NCBI GenBank assembly: GCA_040217195.1
Contig: JAVJNR010000001.1
Span: 1 to 64,000, forward strand
Origin: Leptospiraceae bacterium
GTDB lineage: Bacteria; Spirochaetota; Leptospiria; Leptospirales; Leptonemataceae
Length of the DNA: 64,000 nt
Reading direction: 5' to 3'
The notes under the pieces are model-generated. The model searched no databases. It worked only from the letters and a program-made list of their open reading frames with translations, and was not told where the DNA came from. Every line of letters begins with the position of its first letter. Position 1 is the stretch's first letter. A program made the translations under genes and the position numbers. Positions 17,262 to 27,659 of the stretch are shown piece by piece.

Positions 17262-19120
17262 ACCCGGATCAACTTATTACTCCATACGGCCAGTCTCTGG
17301 ATCCGGATGCGGTCTTGCAGGAATATCCCAGACCTCAGTTACAACGAGACAGCTACTTGAATTTAAACGGTTATTGGAAGTTTCGTATAACTGACATGAA
17401 TCAAGACCTGGCGGAGATTACACCGCCGGATGTAGACTATGAGGGGCAGATCCTGGTGCCCTTTTCGCCGGAAAGTGTGCTTTCCGGGGTCAGCCGATTT
17501 CTGGAGCCGGACCAATTGCTTCATTACCAGAGAACGGTAACTCTTCCGAAGGATTTTCACGAAGGACGATTGATCATACACTTCGGTGCAGTGGATCAAT
17601 GGGCCCGGATATTTATCGATGGGAAGATCGCTGGCGAACATGAAGGAGGATTTACTCCTTTCGCAATTGACATTACGGATCTGGTTCATAACCAGAGTTT
17701 CGATCTTCAGGTCCTGGTCAGGGATGAAAGCGATACAGCAATCCACCAGACAGGTAAGCAAAGAATAGAACGGGGAGGCATCTGGTACACCCCTCAGTCC
17801 GGAATCTGGCAAACGGTATGGCTGGAAAGTGTACCGGATCACTATATTTGCGATCTGACCCTGAAGCCGCTATTCGACGAAAAAGCTGTGCAAATCGATT
17901 TCGTTTGTACCGGCCGGGGAACCATCCAGGTGGAAGCCTTCTTTGAGGGCACCTCCGCAGGGACTGCTTCTCTGGAATTGGATGCAAGTGACTACCTGCA
18001 GAAGAGTAGAAATGGGAAGGAAACTCCATCAGATGTTCCGGTTACCTGCGGCCAGATAATTCTTCCTCTATCTGAATTCCATCCCTGGAGTCCGGAAAGT
18101 CCGCATCTCTATGATTTGCAGATTAACTATTGCGAGGATTCTGTAAAAAGCTATTTTGGGATGCGCCATTTTTCTATGCAGACCGATTTACACGGGCGCA
18201 AGCAATTCTTCCTGAATCATCGACCCTGTTTTCAAAACGGAGTTCTTGATCAGGGCTATTATCCAGATGGTCTACTTACTCCTCCCTCCGATGAGGCAAT
18301 GATCCACGATATTGATACAATGAAGAAGATGGGCTTCAATCTACTACGAAAGCACATAAAGATTGAGCCCTTAAGATGGTATTATCATTGCGATCGGCTG
18401 GGTATGTTGGTCTGGCAGGATATGGTGAATGGTAGCGAACGTAAGGATATTATTCTTCATGGAGCTCTGGCCATCGCGGGCATTCATTTGAAGGACAATA
18501 AATACAGGCTCTTTGGTAGAAAGGATGCAGCAGGTAGAAACCAGTACGAGAAAGAGCTGGATGAGATGCTAAATCATTTGAAAAATGTGGTAAGCATAAA
18601 CACCTGGGTGCCATTCAATGAGGCCTGGGGTCAATTTGAATCGTCGCGTATTTGCGAACATGTAGCGCAAAAGGATTCCACGCGATTGATTGATCATGCA
18701 AGCGGCTGGTCGGACCAGAAAACCGGACATTATCATAGCCGGCATATCTATTTCACAAAGATTCGCTTTCGCAGTAAAGCCGCTCAAAATAGAATTCTTG
18801 CACTCACTGAATTTGGGGGATATAGCCTACCCGTTAAGGATCATATGTTTAATCCGGATAGGATATTCGGATATAAGAAATTCGATGATGGCCAGAAATA
18901 TGAGGAGGCTGTGGAAAGACTTTATCAGCAAGAGGTGCTCCCATGTATTCGAAAGGGGCTGGCCGTTCTGGTATACACTCAACTATCTGATGTAGAAGAC
19001 GAAATAAATGGCTTCATAACCTACGATCGAAAGTTTACCAAAATGGATCCTGAACGGATGCGATTAATCAATGTCAGGCTCAAGAATGCTTTTGATACAA
19101 TGCAGAGTGAGAATCTTTGA
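17255..19120 (+). CDS. Glycoside hydrolase family 2 (beta-galactosidase/glucuronidase-like)
   Basis: LNLNGYW, HFGAVD, SGIWQTVWLE, RKHIKIEP, FNEAWG (acid/base), TEFGG (nucleophile). Confidence 0.92.
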   Translation: MVNPDQLITPYGQSLDPDAVLQEYPRPQLQRDSYLNLNGYWKFRITDMNQDLAEITPPDVDYEGQILVPFSPESVLSGVSRFLEPDQLLHYQRTVTLPKDFHEGRLIIHFGAVDQWARIFIDGKIAGEHEGGFTPFAIDITDLVHNQSFDLQVLVRDESDTAIHQTGKQRIERGGIWYTPQSGIWQTVWLESVPDHYICDLTLKPLFDEKAVQIDFVCTGRGTIQVEAFFEGTSAGTASLELDASDYLQKSRNGKETPSDVPVTCGQIILPLSEFHPWSPESPHLYDLQINYCEDSVKSYFGMRHFSMQTDLHGRKQFFLNHRPCFQNGVLDQGYYPDGLLTPPSDEAMIHDIDTMKKMGFNLLRKHIKIEPLRWYYHCDRLGMLVWQDMVNGSERKDIILHGALAIAGIHLKDNKYRLFGRKDAAGRNQYEKELDEMLNHLKNVVSINTWVPFNEAWGQFESSRICEHVAQKDSTRLIDHASGWSDQKTGHYHSRHIYFTKIRFRSKAAQNRILALTEFGGYSLPVKDHMFNPDRIFGYKKFDDGQKYEEAVERLYQQEVLPCIRKGLAVLVYTQLSDVEDEINGFITYDRKFTKMDPERMRLINVRLKNAFDTMQSENL

Positions 19121-19461
19121 AGAGAGTATCTGGTGGATCCAGAGCCAGGCAAAAATCCTCTGTTTCTGCATTGGCCGGAAAGAGAGCTTCTGTCAGCAGC
19201 TTTTGAACTGCAGAAGTAAGCGGTGAACCAAAGGTAGTTAGCATGGTAATGAATTTTAGCTCCTGACCGCCCAGTTGCATTCTTGTTTCAAGAATGGAAG
19301 ATGCAGAGCTAATCGTGCTGACCATCGGAGGTTCCATGGTGTATTCCGGCTCTGTTACACCGAGGATTCCTTTAATATCTGCGATCGTTTTGACAAATGT
19401 CGGCTGGATTGCCGGGCATCACTTGAGGCTGCGCTCCGGGGCGGATGCCTGCTTGAACAAT

Positions 19462-19528
19462 ATTCAATCAAATGGTTAAATGTTTGACAAGGAGTTTGCC
19501 CATGGTTAATTCAACTATATGGTTGAAT
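19462..19528 (+). promoter_or_regulatory. Promoter with two palindromic operators flanking a TTGACA -35
   Basis: ATTCAATCAAATGGTTAAAT (19462-19481), TTGACA (19484-19489), ATTCAACTATATGGTTGAAT (19509-19528). Confidence 0.6.
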
Positions 19529-19586
19529 GATCTGCTCGGGCTCCAGGAGCGCCGGATCATTCAAAATTTAGATAGGAGAAACGACT

Positions 19587-20054
19587 ATGAACGGTATATA
19601 CCATAAAATTGGAATTCGCGCAGATGAACAGAAGGTGGCAGAAGCGCTAACCACTAAACAGGGGCTTTCGTCCTGGTGGACCAGAGAGGTGGAAGGAGAC
19701 TTCCAGAATGGCCAGTCTATGGCCGGAGAGAGAATTCGATTCAAATTCGGTCCGGGTCAGTTCGAAATGAAAGTCCTGGATGCCGGACTGGATGGAGTAC
19801 ACTGGGAATGCGTGGACGGACCGGAAGACTGGGTCGGCTCGCATGTGGACTTCGATCTAAAAAATGGACAATCCCCGGATGGTGAATCCATGACTCTAAT
19901 ACATTTTAGACATAGGGACTGGAAGAATGAAAGCGATTTTACAGCTCATTGTAGCATGAAATGGGCCATTTTTCTTCTCAGTCTTCGTGATCTGGTAGAG
20001 AAAGGAAAGGGGCAACCCGCTCCTGACGATGTAAAGATCGATGATATGAATTGA
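19587..20054 (+). CDS. SRPBCC/AHSA1-like domain protein
   Basis: ALTTKQGLSSWW, VHWECVDGPEDWVG, W..FL.SL..LVE.G.G.P pattern; GGAG RBS. Confidence 0.85.
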   Translation: MNGIYHKIGIRADEQKVAEALTTKQGLSSWWTREVEGDFQNGQSMAGERIRFKFGPGQFEMKVLDAGLDGVHWECVDGPEDWVGSHVDFDLKNGQSPDGESMTLIHFRHRDWKNESDFTAHCSMKWAIFLLSLRDLVEKGKGQPAPDDVKIDDMN

Positions 20055-20102
20055 TCTGGCGGATAAGGGATGGGGCGCCGGTAGAAGCCGGCGTCCTTAC
20101 TG

Positions 20103-20186
20103 TGCCCAGGAGAGGACTTGAACCTCCACAGGATTACTCCCACTAGTACCTGAAACTAGCGCGTCTACCAGTTCCGCCACCTGGGC
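20103..20186 (-). tRNA. tRNA-Leu(CAG)
   Basis: GCCCAGG/CCTGGGC acceptor stem, TGGTAGAC D-loop, CTAGT-TTCAGGT-ACTAG anticodon arm, long variable arm, GGTTCAAGTCC T-arm; CCA not encoded. Confidence 0.97.
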
Positions 20187-20289
20187 AAGGTCGGTTCGGA
20201 CAGATTCGGATTGCGTTTCAGACTGGCAATCAAATAATAGAAGCAGGTTGCCAATCTCGCCAAAAAGGGATGGTTCAGGGAGAAGATAG

Positions 20290-21339
20290 TTGGAGCCGAT
20301 TAGAACTCTTGCAGCTAGCTGGCTTTTCGCTGGTGCCATTGTTTGCTTCGTATGGGCTGCATCGGGACTTTTGCGAAAAGGCAGAAAAGCGGCGCTCTCT
20401 GCATATTTTGTATCTGCCTGTGGAATCTGGCTACTGGGCGGCTACAGAATGGTTGCCATTCCCATTTCGCCGTACCATTTCTTTTCTCTACTTCCAGTGC
20501 CAGTGATCTATTCTATAGGCCCGGCCATTTATATCTGGGTTCGTCAGAATCTTTCAGAAACAACTAGGGGCTTCTGGATACACTGGAGCTGGCCTGCAGC
20601 AGGATCTATCCTTGCTCTGATTCTCTTTCTGCGAGGCCCATCGGCACCGGAGAGTCCGGAATTACTATGGATTATCTTTTTTGGCTCGAAGGCGATTACC
20701 ATGGGCTATCTGTTAGCCGTTATTTCCCGGCTTTCCTGGATTGCAGATAATGAAATGCGTACCAGATACTCTGGCCTGATCTGTCTTTGCGCCATTGCTT
20801 TTATTGCTCTCATGCTGGGTCTGGCTGGCAGCATTCCAGGATGGGAAATCCTGCGACTTCTAAGCGCTCTGAGTTTACCGGCCCTTGTTATTTCTGGTTT
20901 TCTGTTCGGACTCATACATCCAGGCCTGATTCATTCCTTAAAAGAAGACTTCCAGGTTCGGTATGCTAGAAGTCGACTTCTTCATCTGGATTTGGATGCT
21001 ATCGAGGATCGGTTGCTGCAATTCATGGAATCGGAACGTCCCTATCTGGATGAGGATTTTAATCTAAGTGCTCTGGCCAGAGAGCTGGATTTAAGCACAC
21101 ATCAGATTTCTGAAATCTTGAATTCCAGACTGCAATGCAACTTTTCCGATTTCATCAACGGTTACCGTATTCGGGCTGCACTGCAAATGCTGCGAGAGGA
21201 GCGGGATCGAAGCGTACTGAGTATAGGTCTGGCCGTAGGATTTAATTCTCGTAGCTCCTTCCATCGCTCCTTTAAAAAGCAGACTGGAAAAACTCCTCAG
21301 GCCTACAGGGAAAGCCTGGCCGAATCGCTTCAGGATTAA
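20290..21339 (+). CDS. AraC-family regulator with N-terminal membrane domain
   Basis: Multi-TM N-terminus; C-terminal AraC HTH (NFSDFINGYRI...VGFNSRSSFHRSFKKQTGKTP). Confidence 0.9.
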   Translation: MEPIRTLAASWLFAGAIVCFVWAASGLLRKGRKAALSAYFVSACGIWLLGGYRMVAIPISPYHFFSLLPVPVIYSIGPAIYIWVRQNLSETTRGFWIHWSWPAAGSILALILFLRGPSAPESPELLWIIFFGSKAITMGYLLAVISRLSWIADNEMRTRYSGLICLCAIAFIALMLGLAGSIPGWEILRLLSALSLPALVISGFLFGLIHPGLIHSLKEDFQVRYARSRLLHLDLDAIEDRLLQFMESERPYLDEDFNLSALARELDLSTHQISEILNSRLQCNFSDFINGYRIRAALQMLREERDRSVLSIGLAVGFNSRSSFHRSFKKQTGKTPQAYRESLAESLQD

Positions 21340-21496
21340 TTCTATTTTCTGGCACTGCTGTCCCGCAGGCGCTCTTTCAGAAGTAGCATATTATAACTCG
21401 CCAGTGTAATAGTATAAATCGCGGCGATAGTGTCTTTCTACTATGCTAATATTCCATCATGATTCTACAAAGGATTACTCTGGGAGGAGTGAAAAG

Positions 21497-23434
21497 ATGG
21501 AAGAAATGAAAAGCGTTGCTCAGATGATTGATCTGACCAGGCGAAAACATGGTAATCGGGGTGCCTTTGCTCTGCGGCAGGCGGGGGCATACAGAGTATT
21601 TACATATGATCAGCTATTCAAGGAAGCATCGGAGATTGCAGCCGGGCTTATATCTCTGGGAATTGAAAAAGGGGATCGAGTAGGGCTGTTTGCAGATAAT
21701 CGCTATGAATGGATCCAGGTTAGTCTTGGAATAACCATGGCCGGTGCGGCCGATGTTCCAAGAGGCACGGATGTCACTGTGGATGAACTTGACTATATAG
21801 TAGATCATTCACAGATGAAGATGGTCATAGTGGAGAACCGATCTACCCTGGAAAAGCTGAGGCAGTCTTCTTATAATCCCGAACAGCTTCTGGCCACTGC
21901 AAGCATTGAAGACGTGGATGTAAATTGTATGTCTCTGGATCGACTAAAATCCAGAGGCAGGGATCAAATGGCCAGACATCCCCAGTGCGTTAAATCCAGA
22001 ATAGCAACAATAGGACTGGAAGATCTGTATACATTGATCTACACCAGCGGAACCACCGGAAAGCCCAAAGGGGTGATGCTTACTCATGGAAATCTGATAT
22101 CGCAGGTTCAAAGACTACCATTTAAAATTTCCCCTGCAGAAAGGATTCTGTCTATTCTTCCTGTCTGGCATATATTTGAACGGACTTTTGAGGTGATCGC
22201 AATCTATAGTGGTGCCTGTACCTACTATTCAAACGTGCGAACTCTCAAAGAGGATCTTAAATTGGTTAGGCCTACGTTCATGGCATCGGCCCCGAGACTA
22301 TGGGAAAGTATATATGCAGGCATTCTAATGAATGTTGCTAAAGCTCCGGCAATGCGAAGAGGAATGTTCAATGCGGCAGTTAAGCTTGCATCCGCCTTTC
22401 GCGGAGCATCGCGGGCAATTCGTGGACGAAATCTGAGATTGCATCCGGCGCCCATTTCTTACCTTCTCAGTCTACCATATCAGATCTTGAAATGGTCCAT
22501 CACAGCCATTCCTGCTATATTGATGGATTGGATTGTTCTGAAAAAGATCCGAGCGGCCACCGGCGGAGCACTGAGAGGATCCGTTTCTGGAGGGGGAGCT
22601 TTGCCAATGCACGTGGATAAGTTCTTCAATGACATTGGAATACCGGTTCTGGAAGGTTATGGACTCACGGAAACATCGCCGGTTCTGGCGGTTCGCACCT
22701 TTGATCGTCTGGTTCCTGGGACAGTGGGCCCTATCTACAGGGATACACAGCTGCGAATCGTGGATCTAAATACAGGCGAAGTGCGGTGGAGTAATGAAAA
22801 GGGGCGAAAGTCTAAAGAAAACCATCCTGGTGTGAAAGGTGAAATCCATGTTCGAGGGCCTCAAGTCACCGTAGGTTACTTTCGCAACGAAGAGGCTACC
22901 AGGAAGGTAATAAGCTCCGATGGTTGGTTCAATACCGGAGACCTGGGAATGATGACTGCCAATGGCTGCTTGCGGATCGTGGGACGTTCCAAAGAAACCA
23001 TTGTACTTCTGGGTGGCGAAAATGTTGAGCCGGGACCCATCGAAAATCGGCTGTTGCAATCCAGATTGATTCAGCATTGCATGGTGGTGGGACAGGACCG
23101 AAAATATCTGGGAGCCCTGATTGTTCCCGAACCGGCTGCCTTCGATGCCGGACCGGCCGATCTGGAAATGCTGAGCAAGGATCCCCGGGTGCGGGCTGCC
23201 ATTCAAAAAGAAATCAAAGAGCTAATTAACGAAGGATCTGGATTCAAAGCCTTTGAACGAGTCATCGATTTCAGGCTGCTTCCCAAAGGGTTTGATCAAG
23301 GGGATGAACTTACTGCTAAACTGTCTGTAAAGAGACATGTGGTTACGGATCGATACGAGTCGCTTATTGATGAAATGTATGCAGACCGGAAATCGAAAAC
23401 GGGCAAACCTGCGAAGGCGGCCAGTGCTACATAA
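21497..23434 (+). CDS. fadD: Long-chain fatty acid-CoA ligase (AMP-binding)
   Basis: YTSGTTGKPKG, GYGLTET, GWFNTGDLG motifs; GGAGG RBS. Confidence 0.9.
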   Translation: MEEMKSVAQMIDLTRRKHGNRGAFALRQAGAYRVFTYDQLFKEASEIAAGLISLGIEKGDRVGLFADNRYEWIQVSLGITMAGAADVPRGTDVTVDELDYIVDHSQMKMVIVENRSTLEKLRQSSYNPEQLLATASIEDVDVNCMSLDRLKSRGRDQMARHPQCVKSRIATIGLEDLYTLIYTSGTTGKPKGVMLTHGNLISQVQRLPFKISPAERILSILPVWHIFERTFEVIAIYSGACTYYSNVRTLKEDLKLVRPTFMASAPRLWESIYAGILMNVAKAPAMRRGMFNAAVKLASAFRGASRAIRGRNLRLHPAPISYLLSLPYQILKWSITAIPAILMDWIVLKKIRAATGGALRGSVSGGGALPMHVDKFFNDIGIPVLEGYGLTETSPVLAVRTFDRLVPGTVGPIYRDTQLRIVDLNTGEVRWSNEKGRKSKENHPGVKGEIHVRGPQVTVGYFRNEEATRKVISSDGWFNTGDLGMMTANGCLRIVGRSKETIVLLGGENVEPGPIENRLLQSRLIQHCMVVGQDRKYLGALIVPEPAAFDAGPADLEMLSKDPRVRAAIQKEIKELINEGSGFKAFERVIDFRLLPKGFDQGDELTAKLSVKRHVVTDRYESLIDEMYADRKSKTGKPAKAASAT

Positions 23435-23645
23435 TATAACTCTTCAATTTCTCTAGAATAACTTTCTTGACTGCGTTGCGGGGTAGGGCCAAGATTTTCT
23501 AGCGATCCCGTATCGCAGGTTTTCTATGATTGTTTGAATTACGCACCGAACCGAAAACCACTGTGAATAGCAGCCGGGGAAGGTGCGTCCGCAGGCAGAA
23601 CCTTCTGCCGGGCCTGAAAAAAAGGTTTGAAAACGGAGTCAAACA

Positions 23646-24854
23646 ATGTCAAAATCAAAGCCCGGAGAAGAGACCATACCTGAGTCTCAAAACCGTGAAC
23701 CTGAAAAAAGCCCCACCGAGCTAAACGATTCCATTTTAGGTATAGTAATCGCTCATTACGGTGATCAATACGGAACTCTGCCGTTGGTCGATAAGAAGGT
23801 ATCTGCTGGAATGGACCCCCGAAGAGGCATTCTTCCCGGCCGATTCCTGATGCTGCCACCCATGGAATGGGAGGAGCTGATGCAGGGAGGCCAGGTAATG
23901 CCCGCTGTAGGCGACCTGGTGGAAGTGCGTCCTGTGGATGATATGGCTCTCATCGAAAGGGTGCTTCCTCGAAGGAGTTTACTCAGTCGAAAAGAATCAG
24001 GACAGAGTTACAGCAGTCAGATCATAGCATCCAATGTGGATCTGATCTGGATTGTCATGCCGGCTGATCGTCCTCTTTCGCAAAGCGGCATTTTGCGGTA
24101 CCTGTCGTTTGCAGGGAATACTCCGGTTCGGCTGGTGATTACAAAATGCGATCTGGACCCTGAAAGAGCCCATGAGCTTCAGAAGGAGGCCCGGCAATAT
24201 CTTTCCCCGGATTTCATCCATCTGGTAACCGTGGCCTCCGGGAAGCCGGACCTTCAGTCTCAGTCCATTTACCTGGCAAATGAAGCATTGCTACCTGTGT
24301 TGAAAGAACTAACTGCCACCGGTTCCGACGGGCCACCCATTGCTCTGGTTTGCTTTGTGGGTCCATCCGGCGCCGGAAAATCTACACTGGTAAATGCATT
24401 ACTGGGTCGTGAGGTTCAGGAAACGTCTCATACAAGTGAGGCCACAGGTAAAGGCCGGCATACCACCGTTCGCAGGGATTGGATTTTACATCCCGACGGG
24501 TTTGGAATCCTGGACACTCCGGGCATGCGGGAGCTGGGCCTGGATCATATAGATTCCGGGGGCCCTTTCGCGGAAATTGACCAAATTGCCGAGCAATGCA
24601 GGTTCCGGGATTGCAATCACTCCGGAGAAGATGGATGCGCTGTAGAACAGGCTGTTGTGGAAGGCAGAATTCCAGACACGCTTCTAGATCAGTACAGGAA
24701 TCTTCGCCAGGAAGTTGCAATCGTGGAAGAATTCCGTAAGAAACGAAAGAAGGCAGTGGCCGATGAATCCAAAGAAGCGCTGCGTCAGAGAAAAGACCAA
24801 TGGATGAAGGAGATTCAAAAGGAGTTCAGAAAGCGCCCAAAAAAGGGACGCTAA
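23646..24854 (+). CDS. rsgA: Ribosome small subunit-dependent GTPase A
   Basis: TKCD, GPSGAGKS, GRHTT, DTPG, CRFRDCNHSGEDGC zinc finger. Confidence 0.92.
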   Translation: MSKSKPGEETIPESQNREPEKSPTELNDSILGIVIAHYGDQYGTLPLVDKKVSAGMDPRRGILPGRFLMLPPMEWEELMQGGQVMPAVGDLVEVRPVDDMALIERVLPRRSLLSRKESGQSYSSQIIASNVDLIWIVMPADRPLSQSGILRYLSFAGNTPVRLVITKCDLDPERAHELQKEARQYLSPDFIHLVTVASGKPDLQSQSIYLANEALLPVLKELTATGSDGPPIALVCFVGPSGAGKSTLVNALLGREVQETSHTSEATGKGRHTTVRRDWILHPDGFGILDTPGMRELGLDHIDSGGPFAEIDQIAEQCRFRDCNHSGEDGCAVEQAVVEGRIPDTLLDQYRNLRQEVAIVEEFRKKRKKAVADESKEALRQRKDQWMKEIQKEFRKRPKKGR

Positions 24855-24949
24855 AAGTATAAACCTGAACTTCTTTAGAAAGGACATGGCTAAAGCCGAT
24901 GTATGTTGGGCAGGGGTGCAGGCATCCTTGTCCAGAACAGGAGTTAGAA

Positions 24950-25546
24950 TTGCGAGCCGCAGAGAAAAAGAGAGAAACATCAGAAACCAATATTAGCATG
25001 AGGATTGACCTGGATGGAACCGGAAAGGCCACTCTAAACACTGAGATACCGTTTTTTGATCATATGCTTTCGCATATTGCCAAGCAGAGTCTCATTGATA
25101 TAGATCTGCTTCTGCGAGGAGATATTGGTATTGATTGTCACCATTCCGTGGAGGATACAGCCATTGTATTTGGTGGTCTGCTTCATGAAGCCCTGGGCGA
25201 TAAGAAGGGAATTCATCGGTATGGTCATTTCACTCTGACCATGGATGAAGTGCTATGCACCGTGGCTCTGGATTTAAGCGGTCGATTTAACTTCACTTAT
25301 AAAGGTCCGGAAAGCATCAAAGATGGTAAATTCGGAATCTATGATGCAGAGCTCAGCCTGGAATTCTTGCAGAAGTTTGCAATGAATGCGCGAATGAATC
25401 TACATGTTCTGGTTCATTACGGAGACAATCGGCACCATATCCATGAAGCCGTCTTCAAGGCTCTCGGGCATGCACTGCGGATGGGAATTTCCATGGATGA
25501 TCGTCGTCAGGGACAGATCGCATCTACCAAAGGAGTGCTGGAATAA
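24950..25546 (+). CDS. hisB: Imidazoleglycerol-phosphate dehydratase
   Basis: [41 protein letters not shown] start after AGGAG. Confidence 0.95.
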   Translation: MRAAEKKRETSETNISMRIDLDGTGKATLNTEIPFFDHMLSHIAKQSLIDIDLLLRGDIGIDCHHSVEDTAIVFGGLLHEALGDKKGIHRYGHFTLTMDEVLCTVALDLSGRFNFTYKGPESIKDGKFGIYDAELSLEFLQKFAMNARMNLHVLVHYGDNRHHIHEAVFKALGHALRMGISMDDRRQGQIASTKGVLE

Positions 25547-25674
25547 TGTAGGGGTGGTACCCAGGTCCCGGATGGAAATCCAGCCCATTTTCTTTGTAAC
25601 TCTTTGGATCATTAGAATCATTCAAACCTCCATTGCTCGCCGAGGGACGCTATCCGCTGACGGTCAACTGTCCT

Positions 25675-25868
25675 CTCGGGCGGGAGTTCGGCTTAAAACG
25701 ACGGTGCGTTGTTTATGCGAACCTGCGCGGGTATTGGGCTCCCTCGGGCCGGAGTTCGGCTTAAAACGACGGTGCGTTGTTTATGCGAACCTGCGCGGGT
25801 ATTGGGCTCCCTCGGGCCGGAGTTCGGCTTAAAACGACGGCGCGCTGTTTATGCAAACCTGCGCGGGG
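25675..25868. repeat. 68-bp tandem repeat x~3
   Basis: GGAGTTCGGCTTAAAACGACGG at 25683, 25751, 25819. Confidence 0.92.
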
Positions 25869-26116
25869 CTGAAAGGATGATTCATCGTGGATCGAGCGGA
25901 GTAACGCTAAGATGCTGACACCTTGTAACAATACAGGCTCAGTCTGGATGAATTTATTTCCTGTTGTCCCTGGACAAAAAGTATCCTTCCACTGGATCAA
26001 ATGTAAGCTTTCTGGAATCAATCTGTCCAGGGTCTAACTTCATTTCTGTGATGTTAGCAGAAATGAAGTCGTCTGGAGCATTAGTCTTTCTTTTTTTGCA
26101 ACCTGACAATTCATGT

Positions 26117-26980
26117 ATGGTCCTAGAAAACGTGGAATCCTTACGTCAATATAAGTTTGGTTTTGTAATACCTTTTATACTTCTGCATTTGCTCTGTCTG
26201 GGAGTGCTATTTTTTCCCTTCAAGTGGCAGTATCTGGTATTGCTACTTGTGAATTACTCTGTAGGCATGTTCTTTGTTACCGCAGCCTACCACAGATATT
26301 TTTCGCATAGAAGCTACGAACTAAATCGTTTCTGGCAATTCATCTTTGCTTTTATGGCCCAGGCATCCATGCAGAAAGGTGTGCTCTGGTGGGCTGCGAG
26401 TCACAGGGATCATCATCGTTATTCAGATACGCAGGCCGATATTCATTCGCCGGTCCAGAAGGGCTTTTTCTATTCACACATTGGCTGGATTTTAACCAAT
26501 GAGCACGATGAATATGAGCCGGATCGAATTAAAGATTTTTATAAATTTCCTGAGCTTCGTTTCCTGGATCGTTTCCACTGGATCCCTACCACGATTCTGG
26601 CCATATCCATGTACTTGATAGGGGGCTGGGCCTGGTTTTTCTGGGGCTGGGTTCTTACTATCATCATATTGGCTCATTCTACCTTTACCATTAATTCCCT
26701 GGCACATGTATGGGGCTCCAGGCGCTTCGATACCGCAGACGATAGCAGGAATAATTTCTTTCTGGCATTACTGACATTGGGCGAAGGATGGCATAACAAC
26801 CACCATCATTGTATGTATAGCTGCAGACAGGGAATTCGCTGGTATGAAGTGGATGTTACTTATTACATATTGAAATCTCTGAGTCTTATAGGTATTGTAA
26901 AAGGGATCCGTCCCTTTCGGTACGGAAAAGAGTGGACCACCAGTTCGAGCCCTCGCAAACGGATAGAAGCGGCAGCCTGA
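26117..26980 (+). CDS. Acyl-CoA/fatty acid desaturase (delta-9 type)
   Basis: His boxes YHRYFSH, HRDHH, GEGWHNNHH. Confidence 0.92.
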   Translation: MVLENVESLRQYKFGFVIPFILLHLLCLGVLFFPFKWQYLVLLLVNYSVGMFFVTAAYHRYFSHRSYELNRFWQFIFAFMAQASMQKGVLWWAASHRDHHRYSDTQADIHSPVQKGFFYSHIGWILTNEHDEYEPDRIKDFYKFPELRFLDRFHWIPTTILAISMYLIGGWAWFFWGWVLTIIILAHSTFTINSLAHVWGSRRFDTADDSRNNFFLALLTLGEGWHNNHHHCMYSCRQGIRWYEVDVTYYILKSLSLIGIVKGIRPFRYGKEWTTSSSPRKRIEAAA

Positions 26981-27007
26981 TATCCCTCAGATCTGCCCAT
27001 CGGTGAT

Positions 27008-27640
27008 ATGGCAGATAAGCACATTGTAGTACTGGACTATGGAATGGGAAACATCCACTCCATAGTGAAAGCTCTTAGATTATACAGCGCCCGCGTGGAC
27101 TTCACCTCGGATGCCAGGGCCATTGATAATTGTGATGCACTGGTATTGCCCGGGGATGGTGCCTTTCAGGCTGCCATGGAGAACCTGAAAGGAGCCAAAG
27201 AGGAGCATCTCAGAAGTTATCTACAATCTGGACGGCCCATGCTTGGAATTTGCATAGGTTTTCAGGTATTGTTTCATGACTCCTCAGAGGTGCACAATGC
27301 GGACGGCACCATGGGTGAAGGCCTGGTCGCAGGGCTGGGACTTATTCCTGGAGTGATCCGTCGTTTTCCTTCGGGCAACCTGAGGGTTCCGCATATGGGC
27401 TGGAATCAACTTCAAAATTGTTCTGCAAATTCCGGTCTGAATGATGGAGACTGGATGTACTTCATCCACTCCTACCATGCAGAAGAGGTGCCGGCCGGAA
27501 GTGTTCTTGCCTGGACTGAATATGAAGGCATTCGCTTTCCGGCTGCGGTGGCGAAAGACAATATCGTTGCCACACAGTTCCACCCGGAAAAATCTGATCG
27601 CGCCGGTCTGGCTTTTCTGCAACGATGGGTGCAGTCCTGA
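27008..27640 (+). CDS. hisH: Imidazole glycerol phosphate synthase glutaminase subunit
   Basis: DYGMGN, LPGDG, GICIG, PHMGWN, QFHPEKS. Confidence 0.95.
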   Translation: MADKHIVVLDYGMGNIHSIVKALRLYSARVDFTSDARAIDNCDALVLPGDGAFQAAMENLKGAKEEHLRSYLQSGRPMLGICIGFQVLFHDSSEVHNADGTMGEGLVAGLGLIPGVIRRFPSGNLRVPHMGWNQLQNCSANSGLNDGDWMYFIHSYHAEEVPAGSVLAWTEYEGIRFPAAVAKDNIVATQFHPEKSDRAGLAFLQRWVQS

Positions 27641-27659
27641 CCGGACCCTCAGGAACTGT

